Positions 40,935 through 54,371 of a stretch of 64,000 bases of DNA are shown piece after piece. This DNA is from Octopus vulgaris (lineage: Eukaryota): positions 69,626,001 through 69,690,000 of the forward strand of contig OX597828.1 of the NCBI GenBank assembly GCA_951406725.2. The letters are read 5' to 3'. Below the pieces are notes generated by a model, which saw only the letters and a list, made by a program, of their open reading frames with translations, had not been told where the DNA came from and ran no database searches. How positions within the stretch are numbered: the stretch's first letter is position 1; each line of letters opens with the position of its first letter. The position numbers and the translations under genes were made by a program.

Positions 40935-41171
40935 TTTTTATTTTTTCACTTGTTTTAGACATGTGATTGTGGCCATGCTGGAGCACAGCCTTAAAGGGGT
41001 TTTAACCAAAGAAATTGACCCTAAGACTTATTCTTTGTAAGCCTAGAACTTATTCTATCAGTCTCTTTTGCTGAACCACTAAGGTATGGTTATGTAAGCA
41101 CACCAACATTGGTTGTCAAGAGATGGTGGCGAGTGGGGACAAACACAGACACAAAGACGCACACACATAAA

Positions 41172-41202
<31 letters not shown>

Positions 41203-41358
41203 GTACGTTGGGCTTCTTTCAGTTTCCATCAACCAAATCCACTCACAAGACTTTGATTGGCCCGAAGATATAGTAGAAGACACTTGCTGAAGGTGGGACT
41301 GAACCTGGAACTATGTGGTTGGGAAGCAAGCTTCTTAACACACAGCCATGCCTGTGCC
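40935..41358 (-). mobile_element. SINE family B copy
   Basis: Reverse complement of 4150-4530, more diverged. Confidence 0.8.
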
Positions 41359-42051
41359 TATATATATATCTGCATATATATGTTTGTGTGCACGTGTTTG
41401 TGTGTGTATGTGTGTGCGTGTCTGTCTGTCTGTCTGTCCTACCATCAATTGACAATCAGTGTTAATTTCTTTACATCTCCGTAACTTAGCTGTTCAGCAA
41501 AAGACACTAATAGAATAATTCCCAGACCCTAAAGTATAAGTACTGGGGTCAATTTGTCTGACTAAGGCCCCTCAGTGTGGTGCCCCAGGATGGGAACAGT
41601 CCAATGAGTGAAACATGTAAAAGATAAAAAGTATATACATACATACACTCACAGATACGCACATACATATACGATGGGCTTCTTTCAGTTTCCATCTACC
41701 AAATCCTATTACAAGGCTTTGGTTGGCCTGAGGCTATAGTAGAAGACACTTGCCCATGGTGCCACGCAGTGGGATTGAACCCAGAACCATGTAGTTGGGA
41801 AGCAAGCTTCTTACCACACATACATATGTACATACCACACACACACACATATATTTACATAGACAAAAAGCATCCACTACACTCTCGGAGTGGTTGGCAT
41901 TAGGAAGGGCATCCAGCTGTAGAAACCTTGCTAGAACAGATTGGAGCCTGATGCAGCCTCCTGGCTTCCCAGACCCCGGTCAAACTGTCCAACCCATGCC
42001 AGCATGGAAAGTAGACGTTAAACGATGATGATGATGACAGACACTCATCTA

Positions 42052-42084
<33 letters not shown>

Positions 42085-42309
42085 ACACACACATGCATAT
42101 ATAATGGGGAGCATCCGTTATAGCCTTAACCAACCACCACTACCCGGATATCACCATCGCCACCACTACACTATATTACAACTACTACCATCACGAGTGG
42201 CTCATCGATTCTGTAGAATCACCACTTCACTGCTACATAACACTTTTCCCTACGACGCTACCACTCTACTACTACACTACTACTACAATTAACACTACAC
42301 TACACTACA

Positions 42310-42520
42310 AGCACCCATACCGACACACGGCTGCATTCCAAGTGGGAGGTGAGACGAGTTATGGGGAGTTATTTCGTTGACTTGTCACCAGGTGACGCTG
42401 TTATCGTTACTGGAAAAATGGCGATGTTCTTCTTCATTCCGCTTCGCCTCTCCTTCAAATAACGTCCACCGTTTCATATTCACACTCTTCTATCTCCAGA
42501 AATGTCACCTCTCCACTGAA
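42310..42520. promoter_or_regulatory. Probable VPS50 promoter region (CpG-containing, YY1-like motif)
   Basis: Unique CpG-retaining stretch about 350 bp upstream of the ATG. AAAATGGCG at 42415-42423 and palindrome GTCACC-A-GGTGAC at 42384-42396. Confidence 0.45.
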
Positions 42521-42840
42521 TTTAATACATAACACATTGGCTGGAATACACACATATATATATTATACTCTGTGTGTCTCTCTATCATACAACATTGGAC
42601 TGGGTATATACATATATCTATATATATATGTAATGTCATTTCATTGACTGGGATATATATATATACACATAATATATACACACACATATACATACATATA
42701 TATATTGTCTCTGTCGTAAAACGCATTGGATTGGGATATATAAAGCACAGTTCTTCGCTATATATAGTTCATAATTTATTAGTTTGTGTATAACAGTGTT
42801 GTCATTGTGGTCGTCTCTTCTCTCTGATGGAGTTGCAGTG

Positions 42841-42882
42841 ATGGATATTAAGAAGAAACTGAAGCTGTTGATAGGCAAACAG
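42841..42882 (+). CDS. VPS50: VPS50 (syndetin, EARP complex) coding exon 1
   Basis: ATG...CAG|gtgagt. [14 protein letters not shown] resembles the VPS50 N-terminus MQKIKSLMTRQ (recalled). Phase 0 matches the next exon. Confidence 0.75.
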
Positions 42883-43842
42883 GTGAGTTGGTGGCTCGCA
42901 TTCTCTCCGTAAAATACATACATACACACATATACGTGCCTGCATTGAACCCCCCCTCTTTATATATATATATGTATGTATATATATATATATGTATGTA
43001 TATATGTGTATATACGTATGTAAGTATGTATGTATATATATATATATGTATGTATATATGTGTATATACGTATGTATATATGTATGCATGTGTGTATGTA
43101 TGTATATATGTATATATATGTATGTATATATATGTGTATATACGTATGTATATATGTATGCATGTGTGTATGTATGTATATATGTATATATATGTATGTA
43201 TATATATGTGTATATATATATATGTGTGTGTGTGTATATATATGTATGTATATATTTATAAGTATGTATGTATATATGTGTGTGTGTATGTATATATATA
43301 TATGTGTATGTGTGTGTGTATGTATATATATATATATATATATGTATGTATATATATATATATGTGTGTATATGAATGGATGAATATATACTCATGTTTA
43401 AACATGTATAGTAGTTGTTTTAATGCATGTTAAGCCGTGCAACCGCAGTCGTGAAGACCCAAGATTAAAAGCATTCCAGCCGTGCCCATCTCGTTGGTTT
43501 TACACATGTATCTACGACCACATTGCCAAAACAGTGGAGTGTGGTTTCAGGGAAAAAACTGGCTGCTATTTCTCTCCATACCAGGTTGAAAGACCTCGTA
43601 GAGGTTTCTTCCTGGATATCATGTTTCTTAGTAGCAGTTGTGTTAGCTTGTCATTTAGCGGTATATATATATATATATATATAGTGTGTATATATATATA
43701 TATATATAGATGTGTGTGTGTGGATACATTTTTGTGTGTCAGCATTTAATAGAAAACAACAAACATGATTGTAGACTACGTAAGGTACACACCCACATAA
43801 CACCGTGTAGTAAGACGAACATGAGGAAAAAACCATGCTGCA

Positions 43843-43881
<39 letters not shown>

Positions 43882-45494
43882 GTGTAATGTGTATGATATT
43901 GTGTGTGTTGTGCAGAGGAGGCCGCTTTTTGGGATCTGTTAGGGAGGATCGTGTCATTTCTGTAACAGAAGCCAGAGGATAAGTTCATTTTACGTGAAAG
44001 ACTGGAATCTAATGATGTATGTAGATAGCAATAACTGCCTGGTGATACTGTTTGTGGTTACAATAAGCGGATGCACCTTATCTGTTGTGCACTATAGTTA
44101 TTTTTGAATGCGAAAACAAGACAGTGCAAAAACCAACGAACGAACGTTTGCAGTCTGAAAAGGGTTTCACTGCAATAGAGATATATATATATGCACACAC
44201 ACACACACACATATATATATATTATATACACGTGCATATGCCTATACATTCATACACGTATATATTTGTTGCAGATTACCAAAGTATTTGAGTAGCGCTA
44301 ACCCTTCCCAGTTCACACCCTGCACACATCTGACCCCTGTGCCGTGTTAAATGTGTCTAGATATTTCTGACAGTTGACCTTAATGATTTACCACAGCGTT
44401 GACAAGATTAGAAAGCGCTTATTGTGATCATCCTATGACAAGGTCTTTTAGATAACGGTTACTAGACGATAACATTAAGCAGAGCATTTAACAATATCCC
44501 GTACAGATATTGTTATATACTCTGTTTGGGTCCCACTAATTTCGATAACAATAACCGCTTTGCAACAGTCTCCGTGATTATATTAAGTGGTTTTCATTAT
44601 ATTTAGAATTGTACTCGATAAATGTCCCCTGGTTGTCTATTTTAAATTCAGACGATCGATATAAGTCATAGTTAGACCAACCATCCTTTAGACTATCATA
44701 TTCTACATGGTCTTACGTTAGAGTATCCCGGTCTATGTGTGTGGTTTAATTTTAAACTGTTGGAGGTTGTGCGGACTTATTTTAGACAAACACTGTCTGT
44801 GGTGGTCTTATGTGACTCTATAGAAATGTCTTTTTTTTTTTTTTTTACTTGTTTCAATCATTGGACTGCGACCATCCTGGGGCATCGTCTTGAAGGGTAT
44901 AGTCGAACTAAAAGACCCGAGTCCTTTTTTAAAAAAAAAAATCTGGTACTTATTCTGTTGGTTTCTTTTACCGAACTGCTAAGTTACGGGGACGTAAATA
45001 AACGAAGCAACACAGGTTGTTTGTCAATCGGTGGGTAGCGAGACAAACAGACAACGAGTTTCTACACAGACTCCGCCTACCAAATTCTTTTATAAGGCAT
45101 TGATCAGCCTGGGGCTAAATTAGATGACACTTGCCCCAAAATGCCGGCTAAGACTATCGCAGTCTATGTGGGCTGATATAAAGCTATGTCATCAGTCATT
45201 GTCTTATGTCAGACCATGCTGGAGTAGCCTCTGTGGCTTTATGTAGGACTATGCTACAGGTAGCTTAAGTGGGTTTACATGAGTTTATGTTGTTACAGTC
45301 TAGGTGGTCTTTTATAAGACTGTAATATTGGTCTTATGTTTGACCATACTACCACCGTCTGTGTCTTGTGTTAGACCACATTACCAAAATTTATATTTGA
45401 TCTTTTTTACCAGTTTCCATCAGAAAATATTGTATTTATTATCTATTGATGTTGTTCACAACTTTCTCTGAATTCATTACAATTCTCTGCTGTT

Positions 45495-45529
<35 letters not shown>

Positions 45530-45699
45530 GGCATAACGGTTGTTGAAGCTCATTGCAATATTTCCATGCTATTCGTTAGAGCTGTGATGTGCTTTGAGAA
45601 CCATTGTTCCAAAAACCAATTATTTTATGTTCTCTCAAAAGTTTATAAAAAATTCTTATATTTATACAAACACATAATGCATATATATGTGCATGCATG

Positions 45700-45754
<55 letters not shown>

Positions 45755-47777
45755 AGATATAAGATACATTAGAATCTTGGTGCATCAAAATACTGGACGC
45801 CAGAACTGGCCAGGTGCCATAACATAGGGTCTGCAGTCAGGTAAAAGAACCATGAGGTATCGTGTTGGTATCACACTGCAGATATGTAGATATGTAAGTA
45901 GCAAATACAGTTTAAACCATAGATTCGCCTCAGGGATGGATGGTTCTGAGTGTGAAGTAGGTATGAAAAGAACACAAATGGGGTTTTGTGGTGTGTGTGT
46001 GTGTGTGTGTATATAATCCTCAGAAAGAAAAACAAAACAAAAAACAAGAACTGAATATGTCAGGATATTTGTCCTTCTCAGAATAACATCAAAATTGTGT
46101 ATTTTAAAACACAGCTTATGACCTCCAGTTTTTCCCCATACCAGATTTTGGCCAGGTGGGAAGGCAGACACACCTGTAATACCCTATCCTTAATCTATTA
46201 ACCTGAATATCTTCTTACTGCAGGTGTCATCTCTCCCCTCTTTCTCTCCCTCTCTCCATGTCCCACCCTCTTTATTTATTTCTCTCTCTCTCCTTCCACT
46301 CTTCCTCTTTCGCTGACAGGCATAGAAAGGAAGCACAGGTTCCTGTCAAACCATATTAGACGCATTGTTTTGTACTTCCTGAATGTCGTTCCTCTGGAAT
46401 TCCTGCCTTGCACATGTTTTCCTGCTGAAGGAGACTTGCAGCTGTTCAACAGGATTCCTTACAATATCAACCTCACTGGCCTCAAACACTTCCAAAGTCT
46501 GTGGGCTCTGCTTCTTCTCTCATCATCATCATCATTTAACGTCCGCTTTCCATGCTAGCATGGGTTGGACGGTTCAACTGGGGTCTGGGGAGCTCAAAGG
46601 CTGCACCAGGCCAGTCCAGACCAATAAAATTAAATACCATAGCTTACAAAACATTAATGTCATCCACCCCGTTTCATTCAGTCCACCTCCTCCCACTACT
46701 ACTACCACCACCTCTCCTCTCCTCCCACTACCACCTCTCTTCTTCCTCTCTGTAGTTCTTTAGTCTTGTCACATGTCAATACTCATCGATCAATGATCCA
46801 TCTGATTGACTTTATTTATCTTCCGCATGTAAAATAATTAATGAAATCGATAGGTTGGTGCATTTCCTTTTGTTAGGACTCGTTAATGTCTTTCAACTAG
46901 AAAGGCCTCTTAAGACCATTACAATTTCCTCGATACTCACTCACCCTGCCCTTCTTTCTCCCCCATTACTTCAAACCTGGACATGAAACAACTGTCGTCT
47001 CCTGCAGTTTAGTGGTTTTTGTTGTGGTTTGTTCGTTTCTGGAATAATGCAGGTGGAAAGCTGAAGTGTTTAGATATAGGAAGTGTTTAGGCTGTGTGTT
47101 TAGATATACATCATCAATAATAATTAGGGTTATTACAAATTGACATAGCATCACCTTACTATTTACAAATACACACACACACACACACACACACCAAGTA
47201 CGTTTGTATTTGTGTGTCTGTACAAATATAATCAAGATAGGCACAAGGGTGGCTGTGTGGTAAGACACATGCTTCCCAACCACATGGTTCTGGGTTCAAT
47301 CCTACTGTGTGACACCTTGGGCAAGTGTCTTCTACTACAGCCTCAAGCTGACCAAAGCCTTGTGCGTGGAAAGAAGCCTATTGTACGTGTGTGTGTGTGT
47401 GTGTTTATCCATTATCTCCACTGCTTGATGACCAGTGATGGTGTACTTATATCCCTGTAACTTTGCAGTTCAGCAAAAGGGACTGATGGAATAAATACCA
47501 GACTTTAAAAAACAAATAATTACTGGGGTTGATTCATTTGGCTAAAAAAGTATTCTTCAAGGCAGTGCCCCAGCATGGCCATGGTCTAATGACTAAAACA
47601 AGTAAAAGATAAAAGATATACAAACTTGGCTGTGTGATTAAGAAGTTCACTTCCCAACTCCATGGGTTTGGGTTCAATGCCACTGCATGGCACCTGAAAC
47701 AATTGTCTCCAATGGTAGCACCAGACTAACCGAAGCCTTGTGAATGGATTTTGGTAAATGAGAACTGAAAGATCATG

Positions 47778-48232
47778 CGTCTGTGTGTGTATATACAAAT
47801 GTCTGTGTGTGTGTATATACAAATGATGTGTGTGTGTGTGTGTATATACAAATGTCTGTCTGTATGTATATACAAATGTCTGTGTGTGTATATACAAATG
47901 TCTGTGTGTGTGTATATACAAATGTCTGTCTGTATGTATATACAAATGTCTGTGTGTGTATATATAAATGTCTGTGTGTATATACAAATGTTTTTGTTTA
48001 TATACAAATGTCTGTGTGTGTATATACAAATGTCTTTGTTTATATACAAATGTCTGTCTGTGTTTATATACAAATGTCTGTCTGTGTGTGTGTATATACA
48101 CAAATGTCTGTCTGTGTGTGTATATACCTAAACGTCTGTCTGTGTGTGTATATACACAAATGTCTGTGTGTGTATATACACAAATGTCTGTCTGTGTGTA
48201 TACACAAATGTCTGTCTGTGTGTGTATATACA
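47778..48232. repeat. Minisatellite with ~20-30 bp unit TATATACAAATGTCTG(TG)n
   Basis: More than 15 tandem units visible. Confidence 0.92.
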
Positions 48233-48889
48233 AGGAAAAGATGAATGTTTGCATTTTCAACTCTGTTGCCTTCAGCAGACCCATCTGACTGAGCCAAAAC
48301 TTCGTAGAAATAAATCTGATACTCAAATATACTGAAGGGTTCTTCAATGAATGCCTGACCGAAGTGAAAGCAGTGGATTATTAATTGGATGAGAATAAGA
48401 ACTTTGCATGTTGAAGTAATTAGGTAGAGAAATATTTGTTAGTTGTGGTACTGAGAAGCAGTAATGTAATTTTCTTTTTTAGTAAAATTTATATTAGGTA
48501 CAGGTGTCAATCCATTACACCCGCTTCTAACGACTCCTTTAATTGATTAATGAGAACATTGCATCATTGCAAAGAAACCATTTTCTTCAGAGGAATTCAG
48601 GAACTTCAAGCATAAAAGACAATTCAACTTATTTGACATGGTTAAATTTATGGAGTAAAATTATTTATATTGATCCTGCTACCATTCTGAAGAACTAAGT
48701 GCAGATTTCTTCATTCAGCTGGGTCTTGCTATCTGCAGACTCTGCAAGAATACCATATGGCTGGCACTAATGCACCAAGTCTGATATTCACTGAATATTA
48801 TTTGGGTGTGCATGTCACTCAGACCTAACAAGGAGCCTCAATTTAAGTACCTAATTCAATTGAATCTTAATCATACATATATGTGTGTG

Positions 48890-49671
48890 TGTATATGACG
48901 CATGTGTGCAAACAGCCATGCTACATGGCAGTGAAACATGGGTTGTGACTGCCAAGGGCATGCGTAAGCTTGCAAGGAATGAAGCCAGTATGCTCTGCTG
49001 GATGTGTAATGTCAGTGTGCATACACAACAGAGTGTAAGTATCTTGAGAGAGAAGTTGGACATAAGAAGCATCAGATGTGGTGTGCAAGAGAGACAACTG
49101 CACTGTGGCGAGAATGGATGAGGACAGCTGTGTGAAAAAGTGTCACACCCTTACAGTGTAGGGAAGACCTGGGATGAGGTGTGGAAGCACAACCTTTGAA
49201 CATTGAGCATCACGGAGACAATGACAAGCAACCGAGACCTTTGGAGATATGCTGTGCTTGAGAAGACCCAGCAACCCAAGTGAGACCATAGCTGTGGCCT
49301 ATGCCAGTGTCACATAACCAGCCCTTTTAAGAGTACCCTTCAATCATTGGGCAATATACTCTGCTTGAGAAGTCCTGTTGAGTCAAGTGAAATCATTGTT
49401 GTGGCCGATGCCAGTACCACCTGACTGGCTCCTGTGCCGGTGGCACATAAAATGCACCATTCAAGTGTGGCCATTGCCAGTGCTACCTGACTGGCTCCTG
49501 TGCTGGTGGCATGTAAAAAGCACCATTCAAGCGTGGTCGGCATTAGGAGGGGCATCTAGCTGTTGAAACCTTGCCAGATCAGATTGGAGCTTGGTGCAGC
49601 CTCCTGGCTTGCCAGTCCTCAGTCAAACCGTCCAACCTATGCCAGCATGGAAAGTAGGCGTTAAACGATGA
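48890..49671 (+). mobile_element. Older, degenerate 3' copy of the RTE LINE family
   Basis: YDACVQTAMLHGSETW...LARNEASML matches the 7397 ORF but with deletions and stops, followed by the family 3' UTR and tail. Confidence 0.9.
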
Positions 49672-49691
49672 TATATATATATATATATATA

Positions 49692-49894
49692 TCATCATCA
49701 TCATTTAACGTCCATTTTCCATGCTAGCATGGTTTGGACGGTTCAACTGGGGTATGGGAAGCCAGGAGGCTGCACCAGACTCCAGTCTGATCTAGCATTG
49801 TTTCTACAGCTGGATGCCCTTCCTAATGTCAACCACTCCAAGAGTGTAGTGGGTGCTTTTTACATGCCACCTGCACCTGCTTTTTACGTGCCAC

Positions 49895-49895
<1 letters not shown>
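49692..49895 (-). mobile_element. RTE LINE 3' tail copy, tail-to-tail with 48890-49671
   Basis: (cat)n TTAACGTCCATTTTCCATGCTAGCATGG... Confidence 0.85.
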
Positions 49896-49946
<51 letters not shown>

Positions 49947-50652
49947 GGTGAAATAAACATCAGGAGCTACTCAGATGTTTATTGCAATGCAAGTTTAAAA
50001 TATGTGAAAATATGACTTTGAGGAGACAGGTTTCTCGTATTTTATGCCAAAATCCTTTGTCAAGTACTTTGACCAAAACCTTGGCAATTCTTCCCCCAAA
50101 CTTAAACTTTACACTTTATCTTACACGTACACATGCACATTGTGTATGTGTGTGTGCGTGTCTGTGTGCATTGTCTTTTGTAAGGTAAAGAGATTAGATG
50201 TTATCAAACCAATTGAAATTCAGATCATAACAAGCTGGGACGAATGCTACAAAGAATTTTCTTTTTTTTCCACTGCTGTGACAATCCTCTTACTTTACTG
50301 AATAGCGATCTCTTGCACAATGACTGTGGAGAATGAGAAAATGTGATTAGATGGAGTTCATGCCTTTCTTTTTACAGGGAATGTTTGGTGTTGGAAAAGA
50401 AGTAAAATGGAATGAATGAGCTTTCAGTTGAGATTGAAACCTCATTTGCTATGTAGACACTTGAGCAGTTAATCTGATGTGTAATAAATGGGTGGCAGGC
50501 AGAGGAGAGGGGTAGGGAAGTTTGAAATTGTGATGTTCATGCATAAATTTGCATATTTATTGAGAGGTTGACATTATCCCCTCCTCTGCTCTCCCTCTCC
50601 TTTTCTCCCTCCCACATTTGAAAGTAGGTATATGTATACTCTACTGCTATCT

Positions 50653-51117
50653 GTTCTGTATTTAAGAGATGAGGAATTATGTACATTATTTACATTACTT
50701 ACATTTGACGGATATTTCTCCTCATCTTGTTTGTTGTTAACACAACGTTTTGGCTGATGTACCCTCCAGCCTTCATCAGGTGTCTTGGGGAAATTTCAAA
50801 CCATATGCCATGACACAACAACCTCCTAAGCAGACCGAGTGCAGATTTGAGTAGCAAATGGGAACTGGTATTAAGGAAGGATAGAAAAATATTAGATTTA
50901 TAAGCCCTAAAATTCACTCCATAATTGCCCACGGGCATATGGCGTAGTGGTTGTGACCTGAATAATAACAATAACATTGAAAAATGCCTTAGGAATGAGA
51001 ACCCAGGTTTGAAATTTCCCCCAAGACACCTAATGAAGGCTGGAGGGTATATCAGCCGAAATATTGTGTCAACAACAAACAAGATGAGGACAAATATCCG
51101 TCAAATGTAAATAATGT
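50653..51117. mobile_element. Penelope-like inverted terminal-repeat element with two degenerate hammerhead motifs
   Basis: Inverted arms at about 50677-50802 and 51006-51117, each with a GACAC-CTGATGA-A-GGCTG-loop-CAGCC-GAAA-type motif. Flanked by the direct repeat CTACTGCTATCT. Confidence 0.7.
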
Positions 51118-51256
51118 CTACTGCTATCTTCTTTGCTTTATATACTATTATAAATAATGGGTGAGGTACTTGTGCACTATGTAGATATGTATATTGTGTA
51201 TATATATATGTGTATACATTGCAGAATGTGTGGCATGAACAGTGTAGATGCACATA

Positions 51257-51485
51257 TACAAGGGGTGGGGTGCATGATGAAAAGTTCCTAGCTTTGGGTA
51301 AAAAGAAAGTACAGGAGGATCAGTTAATTATGATTTTATCGAACGTATTCCCCTCTCAAAGCCACACATTTATTGCAGCTGTCCTTCAGTTTTTCTAAGC
51401 CCAGTCAAAAAGAACTCAGAAGAAAGCCAGGCCAACCAGGCCTTTCGTGACACCCTTAATGCCAACAGCTTTTCAGCATACCCTT
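51257..51485 (-). mobile_element. 3' end of a mariner element
   Basis: Minus strand GLEKLKDSCNKCVALRGEYVR* resembles the mariner C-terminal KLxxRWxKCxxxxGxY, followed by a TIR-like end at TA. Confidence 0.65.
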
Positions 51486-51497
51486 GTATGGCTAAAT

Positions 51498-51890
51498 CAT
51501 CATCATCAATCATTTTGAATCTGGGTTTTGTCCCTGTTAACAGAGGTGGCTGGATCTACCTCAATGCCATAGCAACCATCTCACCATCTTGCCCAGTTTT
51601 AGGCATCCTTTCTTCTCAGGCCAATCCTCCCAATCTCTTCCTCCACCTGTCCCTTGGTCTACCTCACTTTCGCTGACCATTCACCTCAAACTCTAGCACC
51701 CTCTTCAGAACATGCTCCTCATCTCTCCTCAACACATGACCATACCACTGCACTCTATTTGCCTTTGCCAGCTGTTCCACTGATCCCTCCAACCCCAGCA
51801 TCCCCATCAAGTCCTCAGTCCTCCTCTCATCAAAAAGCCTCACACCACACATCTCCCTCACCATTGCTCTCTCAGTCCTTCTCAAAATTA

Positions 51891-51936
<46 letters not shown>

Positions 51937-52010
51937 GACACCATGTCTCCCTCCCGTACAGCATTGCAGCTCTCACACAACTCCTGTAGACCTTTCCTTT
52001 CATCTTCAAT
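51498..52010 (-). mobile_element. Degenerate RT C-terminus of a third RTE-like LINE, interrupted by (GA)n
   Basis: Minus strand YRSCVRAAMLYGRETWCL, then (GA)n, then ILRRTERAMVREMCGVRL...VQWYGHVLRR. A (cat)n tail lies at about 51498. Confidence 0.8.
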
Positions 52011-53915
52011 GAATATTTCTTTTTCATCATATCATCATCATCAACATCATCATTGTTTTAATGTCTACCTTTCTATGCTTGCATGGGTCAGACAAGAGTA
52101 TGTTGGGGCAGTTTCTTCTATGGCCAAATGGCTCTCCTGTTGCCGGACCTCATCCAGTTTCCTTCTGAGGTATTTGTCTCTCAGTTTGGACTTGTTATTG
52201 TGAAGAGGAAGAAACACATGATGCTATTTGGATGCACATTTTGTTTACAAAGGCCACGCAACATGTCAGGACGTGTCAGGTAGCCAGGACTGCAATCAAA
52301 GGACTCCGACATGAAGCCATTGTTTGTAAACCAATGAAGACAAGGAAAATAGGAACTTGCTCATAATGAATCTCTTTCTCTCTCTTGCATACATGATGGA
52401 GTTCTTGTATGGCTTTGGTTGGTCCACTTTGGAACTGAACCTGAAACCATGTGGTTAGGAAGTGAACGTTTTACCCCCCCCTCTCTATTGGTTTTTAGTA
52501 GATTCTATTAGGAATAGAATTATCGGTTGCTAAACTTAACCTCAGGTGTCTTTGACCCAAACAGCCAAAGAAAGACACCAAGGAAATAGGCAAGGCAGCC
52601 AAAAGCAACTGAAAGAGGCTATGATTGACAAGGGACCGTTCTATATGTAAAGACTAAGTCGGTCTTCGTTCCCCTACTCAGACGAAAGCATACAGGTTAA
52701 GGGACAAAATGCTTGTAACTCTGAGATACTGGCTGATGATTCAAAAGGGTTTCTGACACAGTGTTGGGTTCATCAGAAGAGCTTACAATGCCTCTGAGCA
52801 GCTCCTGCAGTTTCTGTAAGGGACAAGACATCTCTAACACTTATTTATGTCATCTTTCACTAAATTTAACCCCAAATACTCTCAGTTGTGACAATGTGTT
52901 TTCTTTTTTTCTTTTTAGTACATATCAATTAGCAGTCTTTGATCTGTACCTAATTCTGGCTACTGACGCAGATCCACACACACACACACATGCAATAAAA
53001 CCTACCCCCTCTATAATGCATCAGCTAAGTGTAGGTAGACCACACAACATTAATCTCATGATAGCCCCAGGCTGTTGACCGATGTTCGCAGCCTCAGTGA
53101 GTTCCTTTGTCTGTCAACATTTATGAGAAACGTTATTTCTCTCAATGTTCCTTACTTGCTATGTTTGGCCTTCATTTTCTAAAGATGACCAGTAGCAAGT
53201 ATGTGAGAGATAACTGGTGTGTTAAGCCTCCTTCCCACACCTCAGCCCTGAACAAACAGACCTTTCAGTCATGACCATCCTGTCTTTGCTTTAGATATAA
53301 CGTCATCAAAGACTACATTTTTCAATCTGTTTCCATACTTAGGTGTGTTTTGAGGTAGATTTAGCTATCATTGGTGGCTGTTTGCACAACCACTTGGAAA
53401 TTCCTTTGTTGGCCTGTTTCTCTAGAGGTACCCTTTCTTTGTAATCTACCCAAGTTGAAACGATAGAGACATCTTTGCTTTGCTGACATTCTCACTTCCT
53501 CTGGAGTTCTGATCTGCTCAGAAAGTGTCCTTAGTTTGTTTGATCATTGGGGGGGGGGGGGGTTATAAATCTTGGTATGACCTGTCTTACCCATAATGAT
53601 GGACTCTTCTATTGAAACTAACATACAAGTGTCCAGTTGTTTGATCAGCTGAATTATCTGCTCTTCAATTAACATGTAAGCGGCTGAATATTTCTCAGAC
53701 ATGTCTGCTCTTAATGTAATTCTCAAATAGAATCAGCACAACACAGTGTGATATGGTTGGACCTATGGGGGGTTTCAGTACAGTTTCCCTTTACCTAGTT
53801 TCACTCATAAAACTTAAGTCAGCCTGAGATTATGAGAAAAGACTGTAGATGCCCCTTGGTGGGATTAAACTCTGTGTGTTGAGAATGGTCATTGGCATAC
53901 AATAGAGATGGGAGT

Positions 53916-54170
53916 GTGGAGGGGTGTGGCTTAGTGATTAGGGTGTTGGACTCATAATCATAAGAGTGTGGTTTCAATTCCTGGACTGGGTGACATGTGT
54001 TCTTGAGCAAAACACTTCATTTCACGTTGTTTCATTCCACTCAGCTGGCAAAAATGAGTAACCCTGCGAGGGACTGGTGTCCCATCCAGGGGTTGGCAGG
54101 GATATATGTATGTATATAATGTTACAGAAACTGGCTCTGTGAGTCTATATGACATGTGAAAGATCTTTAT
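53916..54170 (+). mobile_element. tRNA-derived SINE with V-domain-like segment
   Basis: GTGGCTTAGTGATTAGGG...GGTTTCAATTCC head, then AACCCTGCGAGGGACTGGTGTCCCATCCAGGGG. A related head lies at about 35992-36200. Confidence 0.6.
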
Positions 54171-54371
54171 CTTATGGGAATGTATACTGGTATACGATGT
54201 ATATTGATGGTGTGTGTTGAGGATGGTCACGGATGGAGATACATGACATATATTGATAATGACTTGATAGTCACCTCCCAACATTCACCGACTCATTACA
54301 CCCACCTCCAGCCTGTGATTCACCACCACCACCACCATTGTGTTACCATTTCTATTTTATTTGTTTTTCAG

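Noticed and set aside
43916-44016. Possible cassette or poison exon in VPS50 intron 1 (tgcag|...|gtatgt)
   Set aside because: Weak polypyrimidine tract, stops in all three frames, and no independent support.
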